Below, piece after piece: positions 36,660 through 45,940 of a DNA stretch of 64,000 nucleotides. This stretch comes from Gemmatimonadota bacterium (lineage in GTDB: Bacteria; Gemmatimonadota; Gemmatimonadetes; Palauibacterales; Palauibacteraceae). The stretch is taken from NCBI GenBank assembly GCA_965116475.1, contig OZ220691.1, positions 2,272,001 through 2,336,000 of the forward strand. The letters run 5' to 3'. Each line of letters opens with the position of its first letter. The stretch's first letter is position 1. The notes beneath the pieces were generated by a model. The model did not search any database. It saw only the letters and a list, made by a program, of their open reading frames with translations, and was not told where the DNA came from. The translations under genes were made by a program, and so were the position numbers.

Positions 36660-38729
36660 ATGAAGAGCGCGTGGAGCGACCGCGAGGCGGAGGAACTCGT
36701 CGGGATGTATGCCGCCGAGGGCATCGGCGAGGATCTCGCGCTGCGGGTGTACACGACGCGGCTCCTGGGTTCCGAGCCTCGACTCGTGATGCACGGCGGG
36801 GGCAACACGTCGGTCAAGGGCCGCGCCCGCGACGTGACGGGGGTGGAACTGGACGTGCTGTACGTGAAGGGGAGCGGCTGGGACATGGGGACGATCGAGC
36901 CGCCGGGACTTCCCGCCGTGCAGCTCGATCCGCTGCTCGCCTTGGCCGAGATCGACGCGCTGTCCGACGAAGACATGGTCAACCTGCAGCGCCGCAACCT
37001 GCTCGATTCGAAGGCGCCGAACCCGTCGGTCGAGACGCTCCTGCACGCGTGGGTGCCGCGCACGTTCATCGACCACACGCACGCCAACGCGGCCCTCGCG
37101 CTCACGGACCAGCCGCGCGGGGAGGAGATCTGCCGCGAGGTGTACGGCGACCGTGCCGCGATCGTCCCCTACATCATGCCGGGCTTCGATCTCGCGAAGG
37201 CGGCGAAGGCGGCGGCGGACGCGCACCCGGAAGCGGAAGGGCTCGTCCTTCTGAAGCACGGGTTGTTCACGTTCGGGGACACGGCACACGAGGCGTACGA
37301 ACTCATGATCGAGTTCGTCAGTCTCGCCGAAACGCGCATCGAACGCGGGCGCAGGACGGTGTTCGCCGCCGCCGCCCTGCCCGGCGCGGTTGCCTCCGCG
37401 AGCGAGGTCGCCCCGGCCATCCGCGGCCTGCTGGCGAACCGGCGGAGCGGCGACGGCGCGGAGTTCGAGGGCGCGGAGTTCGAGCGCTTCATCCTCGAGC
37501 ACCGAACCAGCCCGGCCATTCTCGCCTACGTCGGCGGCTCGGAGCTGTCGCGCTACAGCCAGGTCGGCACGGTCACGCCCGACCACGCGATCCGCACGAA
37601 GCCGCTGCCCGTCGTGCTCCCCGCGCCGCCAGCCGGCGACCTCGCCGCCTGGACCGGAGAGGCGCGCGCCGCGGTGGACGCCTACCGGGAGGCCTACGCA
37701 GCGTATTTCGAGCGCCACAACCCGCGCTACGGCGGGTCGAAGCGCATGCTCGACCCCAGTCCGCGCGTGGTCCTGGTGCCGGGCGTCGGCCTGTTCGCGA
37801 GCGGTCGCGACGCGGGGGCCGCGGCGGCCGCCGCGGATCTCGCCGAGACGACGGTCGACGTCATCGCGGACGCGGAGAGCATGGACCGCTTCGAGAGCAT
37901 CACCGAGGACGAGCTGTTCGACATCGAGTACTGGTCGCTCGAACAGGCGAAACTGGCCGGCGCGAAGGAGAAGGAACTGGCGCGCCACGTCGTGGTCGTC
38001 ACGGGCGGCGCGGGCGCGATCGGTCGGGCCACGGCCGCCGCGTTCCGGGCCGCCGGCGCCGAGGTCGCCGTCTTCGACCTCCCGGGCCCCTCGCTCGACG
38101 CCGCCGGTGAAGCCGGAGCGGGGCTCGCCGTCCCATGCGACGTGACAGACGACGCGTCCGTCGACCGCGCGTTCGGCATCGTCGCCGCCCGCTTCGGCGG
38201 CGTCGACATCCTCGTCTCGAACGCCGGGGCGGCCTGGCGCGGTCCCATGGCGGATGTGACGGACGACATCCTGAGAGAGAGCTTCGAGCTGAACTTCTTC
38301 GCCCACCAGCGCGTCACCAGGGCGGCCGTGCGCACGATGCGCGCTCAGGGGACGGGCGGCTGCCTCCTCTTCAACGTCTCCAAGCAGGCCGTCAACCCGG
38401 GTCCCGACTTCGGCCCCTACGGACTGCCGAAGGCGGCGACCCTCGGACTCGTGCGCCAGTACGCCATCGAACACGGGTGGGAGGGCATCCGGTCGAACGG
38501 GGTCAACGCCGACCGCATCCGGAGCGGCGTCCTCACCGACGAGATGATCGCCTCCCGCTCCGAGGCTCGCGGCGTGAGCGAGGACGCCTACATGCGCGGC
38601 AACCTCCTCGGCCGCGAGGTCCGGGCCCGGGATGTCGCCCGGGCGTTCGTCTCCCTGGCCCTCGCCCGCGCGACGACCGGCGCGATCCTCACCGTGGACG
38701 GCGGCAACGTCGCCGCCGCGCTTCGTTGA
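36660..38729 (+). CDS. Bifunctional class II aldolase / short-chain dehydrogenase
   Basis: GGGNTSVK, PSVETLLH, DHTH, KHG, TPDH, EYWSLEQAKL; SDR TGGAGAIG, SNAG, YGLPK. Confidence 0.9.
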   Translation: MKSAWSDREAEELVGMYAAEGIGEDLALRVYTTRLLGSEPRLVMHGGGNTSVKGRARDVTGVELDVLYVKGSGWDMGTIEPPGLPAVQLDPLLALAEIDALSDEDMVNLQRRNLLDSKAPNPSVETLLHAWVPRTFIDHTHANAALALTDQPRGEEICREVYGDRAAIVPYIMPGFDLAKAAKAAADAHPEAEGLVLLKHGLFTFGDTAHEAYELMIEFVSLAETRIERGRRTVFAAAALPGAVASASEVAPAIRGLLANRRSGDGAEFEGAEFERFILEHRTSPAILAYVGGSELSRYSQVGTVTPDHAIRTKPLPVVLPAPPAGDLAAWTGEARAAVDAYREAYAAYFERHNPRYGGSKRMLDPSPRVVLVPGVGLFASGRDAGAAAAAADLAETTVDVIADAESMDRFESITEDELFDIEYWSLEQAKLAGAKEKELARHVVVVTGGAGAIGRATAAAFRAAGAEVAVFDLPGPSLDAAGEAGAGLAVPCDVTDDASVDRAFGIVAARFGGVDILVSNAGAAWRGPMADVTDDILRESFELNFFAHQRVTRAAVRTMRAQGTGGCLLFNVSKQAVNPGPDFGPYGLPKAATLGLVRQYAIEHGWEGIRSNGVNADRIRSGVLTDEMIASRSEARGVSEDAYMRGNLLGREVRARDVARAFVSLALARATTGAILTVDGGNVAAALR

Positions 38730-38751
38730 CCGCGAACGCAAAGGCCCGCGG

Positions 38752-39978
38752 ATGAAGTGGACGAATTCGATCTGCCGAGTAGTTCCGCTGGCGACGTGCA
38801 TCGCCCTCGCCGCCTGTGCGCCGCAGTCGGAGGGGCCCCGCTGGCCGGGGGAGACGTGGCCCGTTTCGACGGCGGAGGCCGAGGGCGTGGACCCGGCCGC
38901 TCTCGACTCGCTGATCGCCGACATCGACGCCGGGCGGTACGGGCTCATCGACCAGTTTCTTCTCATCCGCAACGGGCGCGTGATCGCGGACCGGCGCTGG
39001 GACCACGGGGCGCGGTACGCCGAACTTCTCGCCGCGCAGGAAGACACGGCGGACCACCAGTACAACTACGATCACCCGTCGTGGCACCCCTTTTATCGGG
39101 ACACGGACCTGCACTCGCTCCAGTCCGTGACGAAGAGCGTGACCTCGGTCGCGTTCGGGATCGCCGTGGACGAGGGCCACATCCCGGGCGCGGAAGCGCC
39201 GGCGTGGCCCTGGTTCCAAGCGTATGGCGTCGATCTCGCCGACCCGCGTCGCGCCGCGACCTCGCTCGAGGACTTCCTCACCATGCGGAGCGGGATCGAC
39301 TGGGCGATCCCGGGCCAGACCTACGAGGACGAGGCGCACCCCACCTCGGTCCTCGAGGCGAGCGACCGGTGGATCGACTACGTCGTCGCCCAACCCGTGG
39401 GGACGGATCCCGGCACCCGCTTCGACTACAACGACGGCGTGAGCGTCCTGCTCGGGAAGGTAGTGCGCGAGGCCACCGGAGCGCGGCTCGACGCGTGGGC
39501 GGAGGAACGCCTCTTCCGCCCCATCGGGATCGACGAGTACTACTGGAAGATCGCCCCCGACGGCGAAGTCGACAGCGAGGGCGGCCTCTACCTCTCCACC
39601 CACGACCTCGCCCGCGTCGGCTACCTCATGCTCCGGGGCGGGGAATGGGACGGCCGGCAGGTCGTCTCCCGGCAATGGGTCGAAACCTCGACCTCACCCG
39701 TCGTGCCCGACGTCGCCCCCGACAACGACCGGCCCGACACCGGCTACGGCTATCAGTGGTGGGTGCCGGTGCACGAGAATGGCGAAACGCGGGTATTCGC
39801 GGGGAACGGGTACGGAGGCCAGTTCATCCACATCGTGCCCGAATACGATCTCATCTCCGTCTTCAACGGCTGGACGCTGCACGAGCAGCCCGATCTCTTC
39901 AGCTGGACGGCGCTCCAGGACCGCATCCTCCCCGCCGTCCTCCCCGCAACCGCCCCCGCGGACGACGCCTCCCCCTGA
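38752..39978 (+). CDS. Serine hydrolase (beta-lactamase class C-like) lipoprotein
   Basis: LAAC lipobox, SVTK, FDYND, YGYQWW, GYGGQ. Confidence 0.88.
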   Translation: MKWTNSICRVVPLATCIALAACAPQSEGPRWPGETWPVSTAEAEGVDPAALDSLIADIDAGRYGLIDQFLLIRNGRVIADRRWDHGARYAELLAAQEDTADHQYNYDHPSWHPFYRDTDLHSLQSVTKSVTSVAFGIAVDEGHIPGAEAPAWPWFQAYGVDLADPRRAATSLEDFLTMRSGIDWAIPGQTYEDEAHPTSVLEASDRWIDYVVAQPVGTDPGTRFDYNDGVSVLLGKVVREATGARLDAWAEERLFRPIGIDEYYWKIAPDGEVDSEGGLYLSTHDLARVGYLMLRGGEWDGRQVVSRQWVETSTSPVVPDVAPDNDRPDTGYGYQWWVPVHENGETRVFAGNGYGGQFIHIVPEYDLISVFNGWTLHEQPDLFSWTALQDRILPAVLPATAPADDASP

Positions 39979-39990
39979 ATCGCCTCTGAC

Positions 39991-41322
39991 TCAGGCGGGT
40001 TCCAGGCGGGCGGCGTGGCGCTCGATTTCAGTCGCCAGTTGCTCCATTTCAGCGAGGACGGTGGCCTCGTCGATCGTCTCCAGCGCGCGGTCGCGCAGCA
40101 CCCAGCGCCCATCGACCATCACGGAACGGACGTCGTCGCGGCCCACCGTGTAGACGAGATGTCCGTACACGTCGTACATCGGCGTCAGATGCGGGCGGTC
40201 GAGGTCGATGAGGATGAGGTCGGCGCGGTAGCCTTCCGCGAGCCGTCCCACGCGGTCTCCCAGGCCCAGCGCCTCCGCCCCGACCGTCGTCGCCATGCGG
40301 ACGATGTCGAGAGCGGGCGTGAGGACCGGATCCATGTGGACGCCCCGCTGCAGCAGTCCCGCGAAGCGCATCGCGGTCCACATGTCGAGGTCGTTCGAAC
40401 TCACCGGCCCGTCCGTGCCGAGGGCCACCGGGATGCCCTCCTCGAGCATGCGCGCGACCGGCGCGATGCCGGAACCCAGCTTGAGGTTGGAGAGCGGGTT
40501 GTGAAGGACCGCCGCCCCCGCGCGCCGAAGGCGCACGAAATCGTCGTCGTCCAGGTGGACGCAATGCGCAAGCACCGTACGCGCGTCGAGGATGCCGAGT
40601 TCATCGAGGTGCGCGACCGGCGTATGCCCGAAGCGCTCGATCGTCTGCCGCACCTCGGTGGCCGTCTCGGAGCAGTGCGTGTGAAACAGGGTCCCGGCAC
40701 GATCGGCGAGGTCGCGGGCCGCCCGCAGGCCGTCCGGCGACACCGTGAGCGCATTGTGCGGCTGCACGCACGGGGTGATCAGCGGTTCTTCCGCGTAGCG
40801 CTCCAGCCAGCGCTCGCCGGTCGCAATCCGGGCGTCCACGGAGACGCCGTCGGGGCCATCGAAATCGAAGAAGATGGGCCCGGTGACAAGCCGGAAACCG
40901 GCACCGAGCGCCGCGTCGGCCGCGGCCTCCGGGAACCAGAACATGTCGAGCGCGCACGTCGTCCCGCTCCGGATCATCTCCGCCAGCGAGAGCCGCGCCC
41001 CGAGTTCGACGCTCTCGCGGCTGACGAACTCCCGCTCGGAGATCCAGAGACGCTCCAGCCACGCCTCCAGCGGCAGCTCCTCCACGAGACTCCGGAAGAG
41101 GGAGTCGCCCAGGTGCGTGTGCGCGTTCACGAGGCCCGGCATGAGCAGGCGCCCGGTCGCGTCGATCGTTTCGGCGGCCTCGCAGCCTTCGAGTTCCTCG
41201 CGGGTCCCGACGGCGACGATCTCGCCGCCTCGCACGGCGACGGCGCCCGCATCGAGGATCCGTTCTTCGGCGTCCATCGTGACGACGAGAGGGCCGAGGA
41301 TGAGGGTGTCTACAGGTTCCAT
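39991..41322 (-). CDS. Amidohydrolase, MTA/SAH deaminase (AtzA/TRZ-like) family
   Basis: PGLVNAHTH, HTHCSET, AHCVH, HNPLSNLKLGSG, GTDGPVSSN. Confidence 0.88.
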   Translation of the reverse strand: MEPVDTLILGPLVVTMDAEERILDAGAVAVRGGEIVAVGTREELEGCEAAETIDATGRLLMPGLVNAHTHLGDSLFRSLVEELPLEAWLERLWISEREFVSRESVELGARLSLAEMIRSGTTCALDMFWFPEAAADAALGAGFRLVTGPIFFDFDGPDGVSVDARIATGERWLERYAEEPLITPCVQPHNALTVSPDGLRAARDLADRAGTLFHTHCSETATEVRQTIERFGHTPVAHLDELGILDARTVLAHCVHLDDDDFVRLRRAGAAVLHNPLSNLKLGSGIAPVARMLEEGIPVALGTDGPVSSNDLDMWTAMRFAGLLQRGVHMDPVLTPALDIVRMATTVGAEALGLGDRVGRLAEGYRADLILIDLDRPHLTPMYDVYGHLVYTVGRDDVRSVMVDGRWVLRDRALETIDEATVLAEMEQLATEIERHAARLEPA

Positions 41323-41372
41323 GGGACGGCAATCTTGGCCGCCCTCCGGCCCGCCCGCTAGTTTCCCGCCAC

Positions 41373-41446
41373 GGCCCCGTAGCTCAGGCGGATAGAGCGC
41401 GGGATTCCTAATCCCGAGGCCGCTGGTTCGAGTCCAGCCGGGGTCA
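41373..41446 (+). tRNA. tRNA-Arg (CCT)
   Basis: GGCCCCG/CGGGGTC acceptor, CGGGA-TTCCTAA-TCCCG anticodon arm, GGTTCGAGTCC T-arm. Confidence 0.95.
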
Positions 41447-41713
41447 TTCTCAAACACGTGCGTCCCGGTTGGTTCCGTTGACGTTGAGACCCGCATGATT
41501 CTGGTTGTTAACGTGACCCCACGTCACAACCGGGAAGTCGGCAGCGTTGCACGGTGAGGGCACATCCTTTCGATTGCCTGTACTCTCCGGCGGTGAGGTC
41601 GCCAGGAAACCGGTGAGCCGCGGGGAGTGTCAGACTTTTGCTGTGGGGGCTCACTCCTTGAGGAGGGTTCCAGAGTGAGGATGGGCGGGGCACCGAGGAC
41701 CGAAGGGGGGACC

Positions 41714-41992
41714 ATGATTGATCCTGTCCGGCTTGACGCGGAGATCGTGAGGATCATCGAGATCCTCGATCCTGCTGAGCAGGTTCCTGTGATCATCTAC
41801 ACGAGCGGACCGGACGCTCTAGCGTTGGTGCGTGCGAAGCTCAACGAAAAGCAGATTCGTAGCTCATTGGATCGGCTGAACGCGCTGTCGGCTTGGGTGG
41901 CAGTGGGTAGGATTCAGAGCTTCATGAAGTCGGAGCTTGTGGTCGGGCTCGAAATGGCTAAGACTGTCGAGGTCAAGCACGCTACGTGTTGA
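41714..41992 (+). CDS. Small protein resembling a subtilase propeptide (I9-inhibitor-like)
   Basis: 92 aa; pattern VPVIIY...LDRLNALSAWV...I..F....V..LE....V matches prodomains of intracellular subtilases; GAAGGGGGG precedes the ATG. Confidence 0.55.
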   Translation: MIDPVRLDAEIVRIIEILDPAEQVPVIIYTSGPDALALVRAKLNEKQIRSSLDRLNALSAWVAVGRIQSFMKSELVVGLEMAKTVEVKHATC

Positions 41993-42066
41993 TGCAGTTG
42001 GCCTGCCGACAGCGGTTTGACAAGCCCGGGGCGGTTGTTTGCCGTCCCGGGTTGTCTACGTAGGGG

Positions 42067-43188
42067 ATGGATCGGGTCCGGGCTGCCCTAGGCATATCCG
42101 ATGACCTCTCCGTCTCGGGGAGGGGCGTCCGCGTCGCGGTCATCGACACCGGCGTGGATGCGGCGCACCCCGATCTTGCCAACCGAATCGATCTCGATGC
42201 TAGCAAGAATTACGGCCTCACCCTCGGTCTCGAGGACCGTGCTGGGCACGGTACCCACATCGCGGGAATCATCGCAGGGAATGGTCAACTCAGTGCTGGC
42301 CGTCTGCGAGGAATCGCCCCCAAAGCAACTCTGATTGCCTTCAAGGCGTTTTCAACATCCGGCACTCAAGCGTCCGACTTTGTGGCGGAGGCGGTACTGG
42401 ATGCGATCGACGCTGGAGCTGACGTGATCAACTACTCCGGCGGTCGACGTGGCCACACCTCACCGCCTTGGTCTTGGTCGGCGTCGCCTGACGTCATTAC
42501 GCAAGCTTTCAAGGTCGCGAACGATGCAGGCGTGCTCTGCGTTGCGGCGGCTGGCAACGAAGGCCCAACTGCCGGAACCATCAATCGTCCCGCGATTGAC
42601 TCTTCGGTGCTAGCGGTCGGCGCTCTTTCGACCGACGGTCGAGTGCTCGCAAACGGCTCAAGTCGCGGCCCCGTTTATGTCGATCATACTCTCCCGGCAG
42701 GTGGCGTTGATTCAATGGGCCCCAACTCCGAACGCGTCAACTACACTAAGCCTGATGTTGTCGTACCGGCGTGGAACCACCCTCCAGGCCCTGGGAGGCT
42801 CTGGATGGGTCCTGTGTCGACCCGCAGCAGTCTTACCGAGACCCTGGTAGGTGTCGACCCGACTGACCGATCGTGTCCTTACGCGCCTTACGGGGGAACC
42901 AGCCAAGCCGCCCCGGTTGTATGCGGCGTTGCAGCTCTACTGATCGAGTATGCGGCGCGTCTCGGATTTGACTGGGGAGACAACCGCGCCGAGTCGCTAC
43001 GACGTTTGATCTGCTTCGGCGCCCGTTTCCTCAGGGGCTACGATCAAGACGACCAAGGTGCGGGCATCCCTTACTGGCCCGCCGTTGCCAGCACACTCGA
43101 GGACTGTCTGGACAACCCGAACACCGCTGCATTGGTGCAACGAGGACCTCAGCTCGAAGCCTTCGAAGCGTCCCCGTCCAACCAGTGA
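42067..43188 (+). CDS. S8 (subtilisin-like) serine peptidase catalytic domain, no signal or propeptide
   Basis: VAVIDTG (Asp), GHGTHIAG (His), AAAGNEG (oxyanion Asn), KPDV, GGTSQAAP (Ser). Confidence 0.9.
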   Translation: MDRVRAALGISDDLSVSGRGVRVAVIDTGVDAAHPDLANRIDLDASKNYGLTLGLEDRAGHGTHIAGIIAGNGQLSAGRLRGIAPKATLIAFKAFSTSGTQASDFVAEAVLDAIDAGADVINYSGGRRGHTSPPWSWSASPDVITQAFKVANDAGVLCVAAAGNEGPTAGTINRPAIDSSVLAVGALSTDGRVLANGSSRGPVYVDHTLPAGGVDSMGPNSERVNYTKPDVVVPAWNHPPGPGRLWMGPVSTRSSLTETLVGVDPTDRSCPYAPYGGTSQAAPVVCGVAALLIEYAARLGFDWGDNRAESLRRLICFGARFLRGYDQDDQGAGIPYWPAVASTLEDCLDNPNTAALVQRGPQLEAFEASPSNQ

Positions 43189-43356
43189 ACGCGCAACAGC
43201 TCGTCGCCGCAGGTAGGGGGCCAGACGGCCGCAGTCGCCGCCGCCGGTCTCCCTGATCGGGATCGGATAGCTGGTCGGCCACCACGTTGGTTGGGAGATG
43301 TTCCCCACGCCGCCCGCACCACGTCCATGTGGGACGGACGATCCGGGGCGCCGCGT

Positions 43357-45837
43357 TCAGTTGCCGAGCACGTTGACCCGCATGTACCAGATGCGGCCCG
43401 CCACGCCGTAGGGGGACTCCGAGGGGTACTCCATCGTCCAGAGTTGTGCCACGGCGTCGTCCGGGAGTCGATTCGGCAGCCGGTCCAGCAGGTTGTTCGC
43501 CCCGACGCCCACCTGGATGCGGCCGCCGACCCGGAAGCTGACCTCCAGGTCGGCGATGGTCGCCGCGTCGATCGTGACGTTCTCCTCGAAGATGAACGGG
43601 GTCGTGACGGAACCGATGCGGTTCAGGCCGAGCCTGGCACCGAGACCCTGCGCGAGGCGGATGTCGGCGCTGACGCCGATCCGCTGTCCGGGCTGGGCGT
43701 CCTCGATCAGCGTGCGCTGGGTGTCGCCGATGAAGTTCTCGTTGCGGTTGGCGGTGATCTTCGTGCTGTTCCGGTGCAGGCTGGCCGACAGGTCTGCGGC
43801 GCCCCAGTCCATGCCGCGGAAGCGCCAGGTCGCCGCCAGGTCGAATCCGTGCGTGCGCGTGTCGATCGCGTTGGTCCAGAACGCCACGGCATCCACCGGC
43901 CGGCCCTGAAACTGCGCGCCGGGCCGAAGCCCGTGGCTCTGATCGAGGCTCCGGGTCAGGGCGATCGCGTCGCTGACGGCGACGCGGTAGTAGTCCGCCG
44001 TCACCAGCAGGCCGGCGTCGGTGGAGTAGACGAGCCCGCCCGTGAAGCTGAGCGAGGTCTCGTGGCCCAGCGCACAGGCCCCGAAGTCGGAGCACGCGGT
44101 CGGATCGCCCTCGGGCAGGAATCCGGCGCTCACCAGGCCGTCGCCGCCGCCCACGAAACCGATCGTGTTGAACCCCCGCTGCGGGAGTCGCGGCGCCCGG
44201 AAGCCGGTGGAGACCGCGGCGCGGAGCGCGGCGCCCGTTTCGCCCAGCCCCACGCGGCCGGCCAGCTTGCCGGTCAGCGAACTTCCGGCGTCGGTGTAGT
44301 GTTCGAAACGAAGCGCGCCACCCAGGGTGCGCCCGCTCGGCGAGCGCAACTCCATGTCCGCATACGCCCCGACGCTGCCGCGGTCCTGTTCGCTCAGCCT
44401 GGCCGAGGTCGGGCTGTAGCCGGGGTAGCCCTGTATGCCGCAGCTCGCGTAGACCGTCCCGTCGTTCTGGTGGTGGGCCGCCGGGAAGCTGCCGGGCGTA
44501 TCGCTCGGTCCGCACGCCCACGAGGCCCGGTCCCCGGCTTCCATCCAGTACGAGTCCCTCCGGAACGCTCCGCCGACGGCCAGGAACGCCGGAGTCGAAC
44601 CCAGCTCGAGCTCGCGCGTCGCGTCGGCGTTCAGCGTCCACTGGCGCACGTTGAGCCCGCCGCTGAACGTGTTCCTCGGTCCGGCGTTGGCCGCGATGGA
44701 GGCGCCGTCGGCCCCGGGATTCCCGGCCAGGAACTCGGCCGCGTAGGAGGGGTTGATGGAATTCGCGGCGCCGAAGGCGAACCGGCCGTGTCCGAACCCG
44801 AGGCTGAGATCTCCCGCCCACGCGCCCACGTCGCCGCGCAGTCCCGCCACGGCGGACTTGTCCATGAGGTCCGATTCCTCGACGGGGAAGAAGCCATCCG
44901 GGTAGACGTAGCTGACCGAGCGGGGCACCCAGTCCGCCTTGCGGTACAGTCCGTCGGAGACCGCTTCGCGCGCGGAGTATCCTCCGAAGGCGTACAACTC
45001 GGCCGTTTCGCCCACGGGGATCGCGGCGTTGGCCATGAAGCCCGCGCCCGTGTAATCGGGTTCGCCGTTACGCTGCAACTGGATGACCTTCCCGCCATCC
45101 GCGCAGGGACCGTAGGACGGGTCGGGACCGAAGCAGGTGGGGGCCGCGCCCGCCCGGTTGGTGACCTCCTGCCGCGCGACCTCCATCGTGATGTTGAAGA
45201 AGCCGTCGCCGAGCGGAACCCCGGCGTTGGCCGAAGTGAGCAGCCTCATGCCGTCTCCGCGCGACGTGCGGCCGAGGAAGGTCGCCGCGCTCACGCCGCT
45301 GGCGTCGTCCCTGAGCACGATGTTGATCACGCCGGCGATGGCGTCGGAGCCGTACTGAGAAGCCGCGCCCTCGCGCAGGACCTCGATCCGTTCGATGGCA
45401 TGGACCGGAATGGCGCGCAGGTCCGTGCCCGTCGTCCCCTGCCCGGCCGCCGCGAGCAACTTCGCGAAGGCGACGCCGTGCCGTCGCTTGCCGTTGACCA
45501 GCACGAGCACCTGGTCGCCGTTCATGCCGCGCAGCGTGGCGACGTGGAGGGCCGCGCCGTCGCCGGCGGACAGCCGCGTGGAGTTGAAGGACGGCGCGAG
45601 GCTTCCCAGCACTTCCGCGAGGTCGATCTCTCCCAGGCGGGCGATCTCCTCGGCGTCGTAGATGTCCACGGGGACGGGGAGCGTGGCCGGATCCGCCACA
45701 CCTGCCCGCGACCCTACCACGACCTCGAGTTCCTGGACCACGACGACCGTGTCGGGCGGCTCCTGGGCCGAAACCGAGCCGGTCGAAGCAAGAGTTGCGA
45801 GGATCGTCGGAACGACGAACGAAGTCGGAGCTTTCAT
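43357..45837 (-). CDS. TonB-dependent receptor
   Basis: Signal peptide, PVPVDI, LRG...VLVLVNGKR, IERIEVLREGAASQYGSDAIAGVINI plug; TGFRAP; NNLLD. Confidence 0.93.
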   Translation of the reverse strand: MKAPTSFVVPTILATLASTGSVSAQEPPDTVVVVQELEVVVGSRAGVADPATLPVPVDIYDAEEIARLGEIDLAEVLGSLAPSFNSTRLSAGDGAALHVATLRGMNGDQVLVLVNGKRRHGVAFAKLLAAAGQGTTGTDLRAIPVHAIERIEVLREGAASQYGSDAIAGVINIVLRDDASGVSAATFLGRTSRGDGMRLLTSANAGVPLGDGFFNITMEVARQEVTNRAGAAPTCFGPDPSYGPCADGGKVIQLQRNGEPDYTGAGFMANAAIPVGETAELYAFGGYSAREAVSDGLYRKADWVPRSVSYVYPDGFFPVEESDLMDKSAVAGLRGDVGAWAGDLSLGFGHGRFAFGAANSINPSYAAEFLAGNPGADGASIAANAGPRNTFSGGLNVRQWTLNADATRELELGSTPAFLAVGGAFRRDSYWMEAGDRASWACGPSDTPGSFPAAHHQNDGTVYASCGIQGYPGYSPTSARLSEQDRGSVGAYADMELRSPSGRTLGGALRFEHYTDAGSSLTGKLAGRVGLGETGAALRAAVSTGFRAPRLPQRGFNTIGFVGGGDGLVSAGFLPEGDPTACSDFGACALGHETSLSFTGGLVYSTDAGLLVTADYYRVAVSDAIALTRSLDQSHGLRPGAQFQGRPVDAVAFWTNAIDTRTHGFDLAATWRFRGMDWGAADLSASLHRNSTKITANRNENFIGDTQRTLIEDAQPGQRIGVSADIRLAQGLGARLGLNRIGSVTTPFIFEENVTIDAATIADLEVSFRVGGRIQVGVGANNLLDRLPNRLPDDAVAQLWTMEYPSESPYGVAGRIWYMRVNVLGN

Positions 45838-45940
45838 GGTTCCCTCGGCTCTCTCTCGGTAGCTCGCGGATTTCTGAGACACCATCCCATGTATCATAAT
45901 GTGTCAGACGATCCGCGGGTTACACCCTCCAGGAGGCACC

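Noticed and set aside
38752..39978. True beta-lactamase resistance gene
   Set aside because: It has SxxK and YxN-like motifs but belongs by overall pattern to the broad serine hydrolase/NylB-like group; resistance cannot be inferred.
41990..41992. TGA followed by a hairpin as a selenocysteine/readthrough signal
   Set aside because: Readthrough in this frame does not join the S8 frame and hits TAG about 33 codons later.
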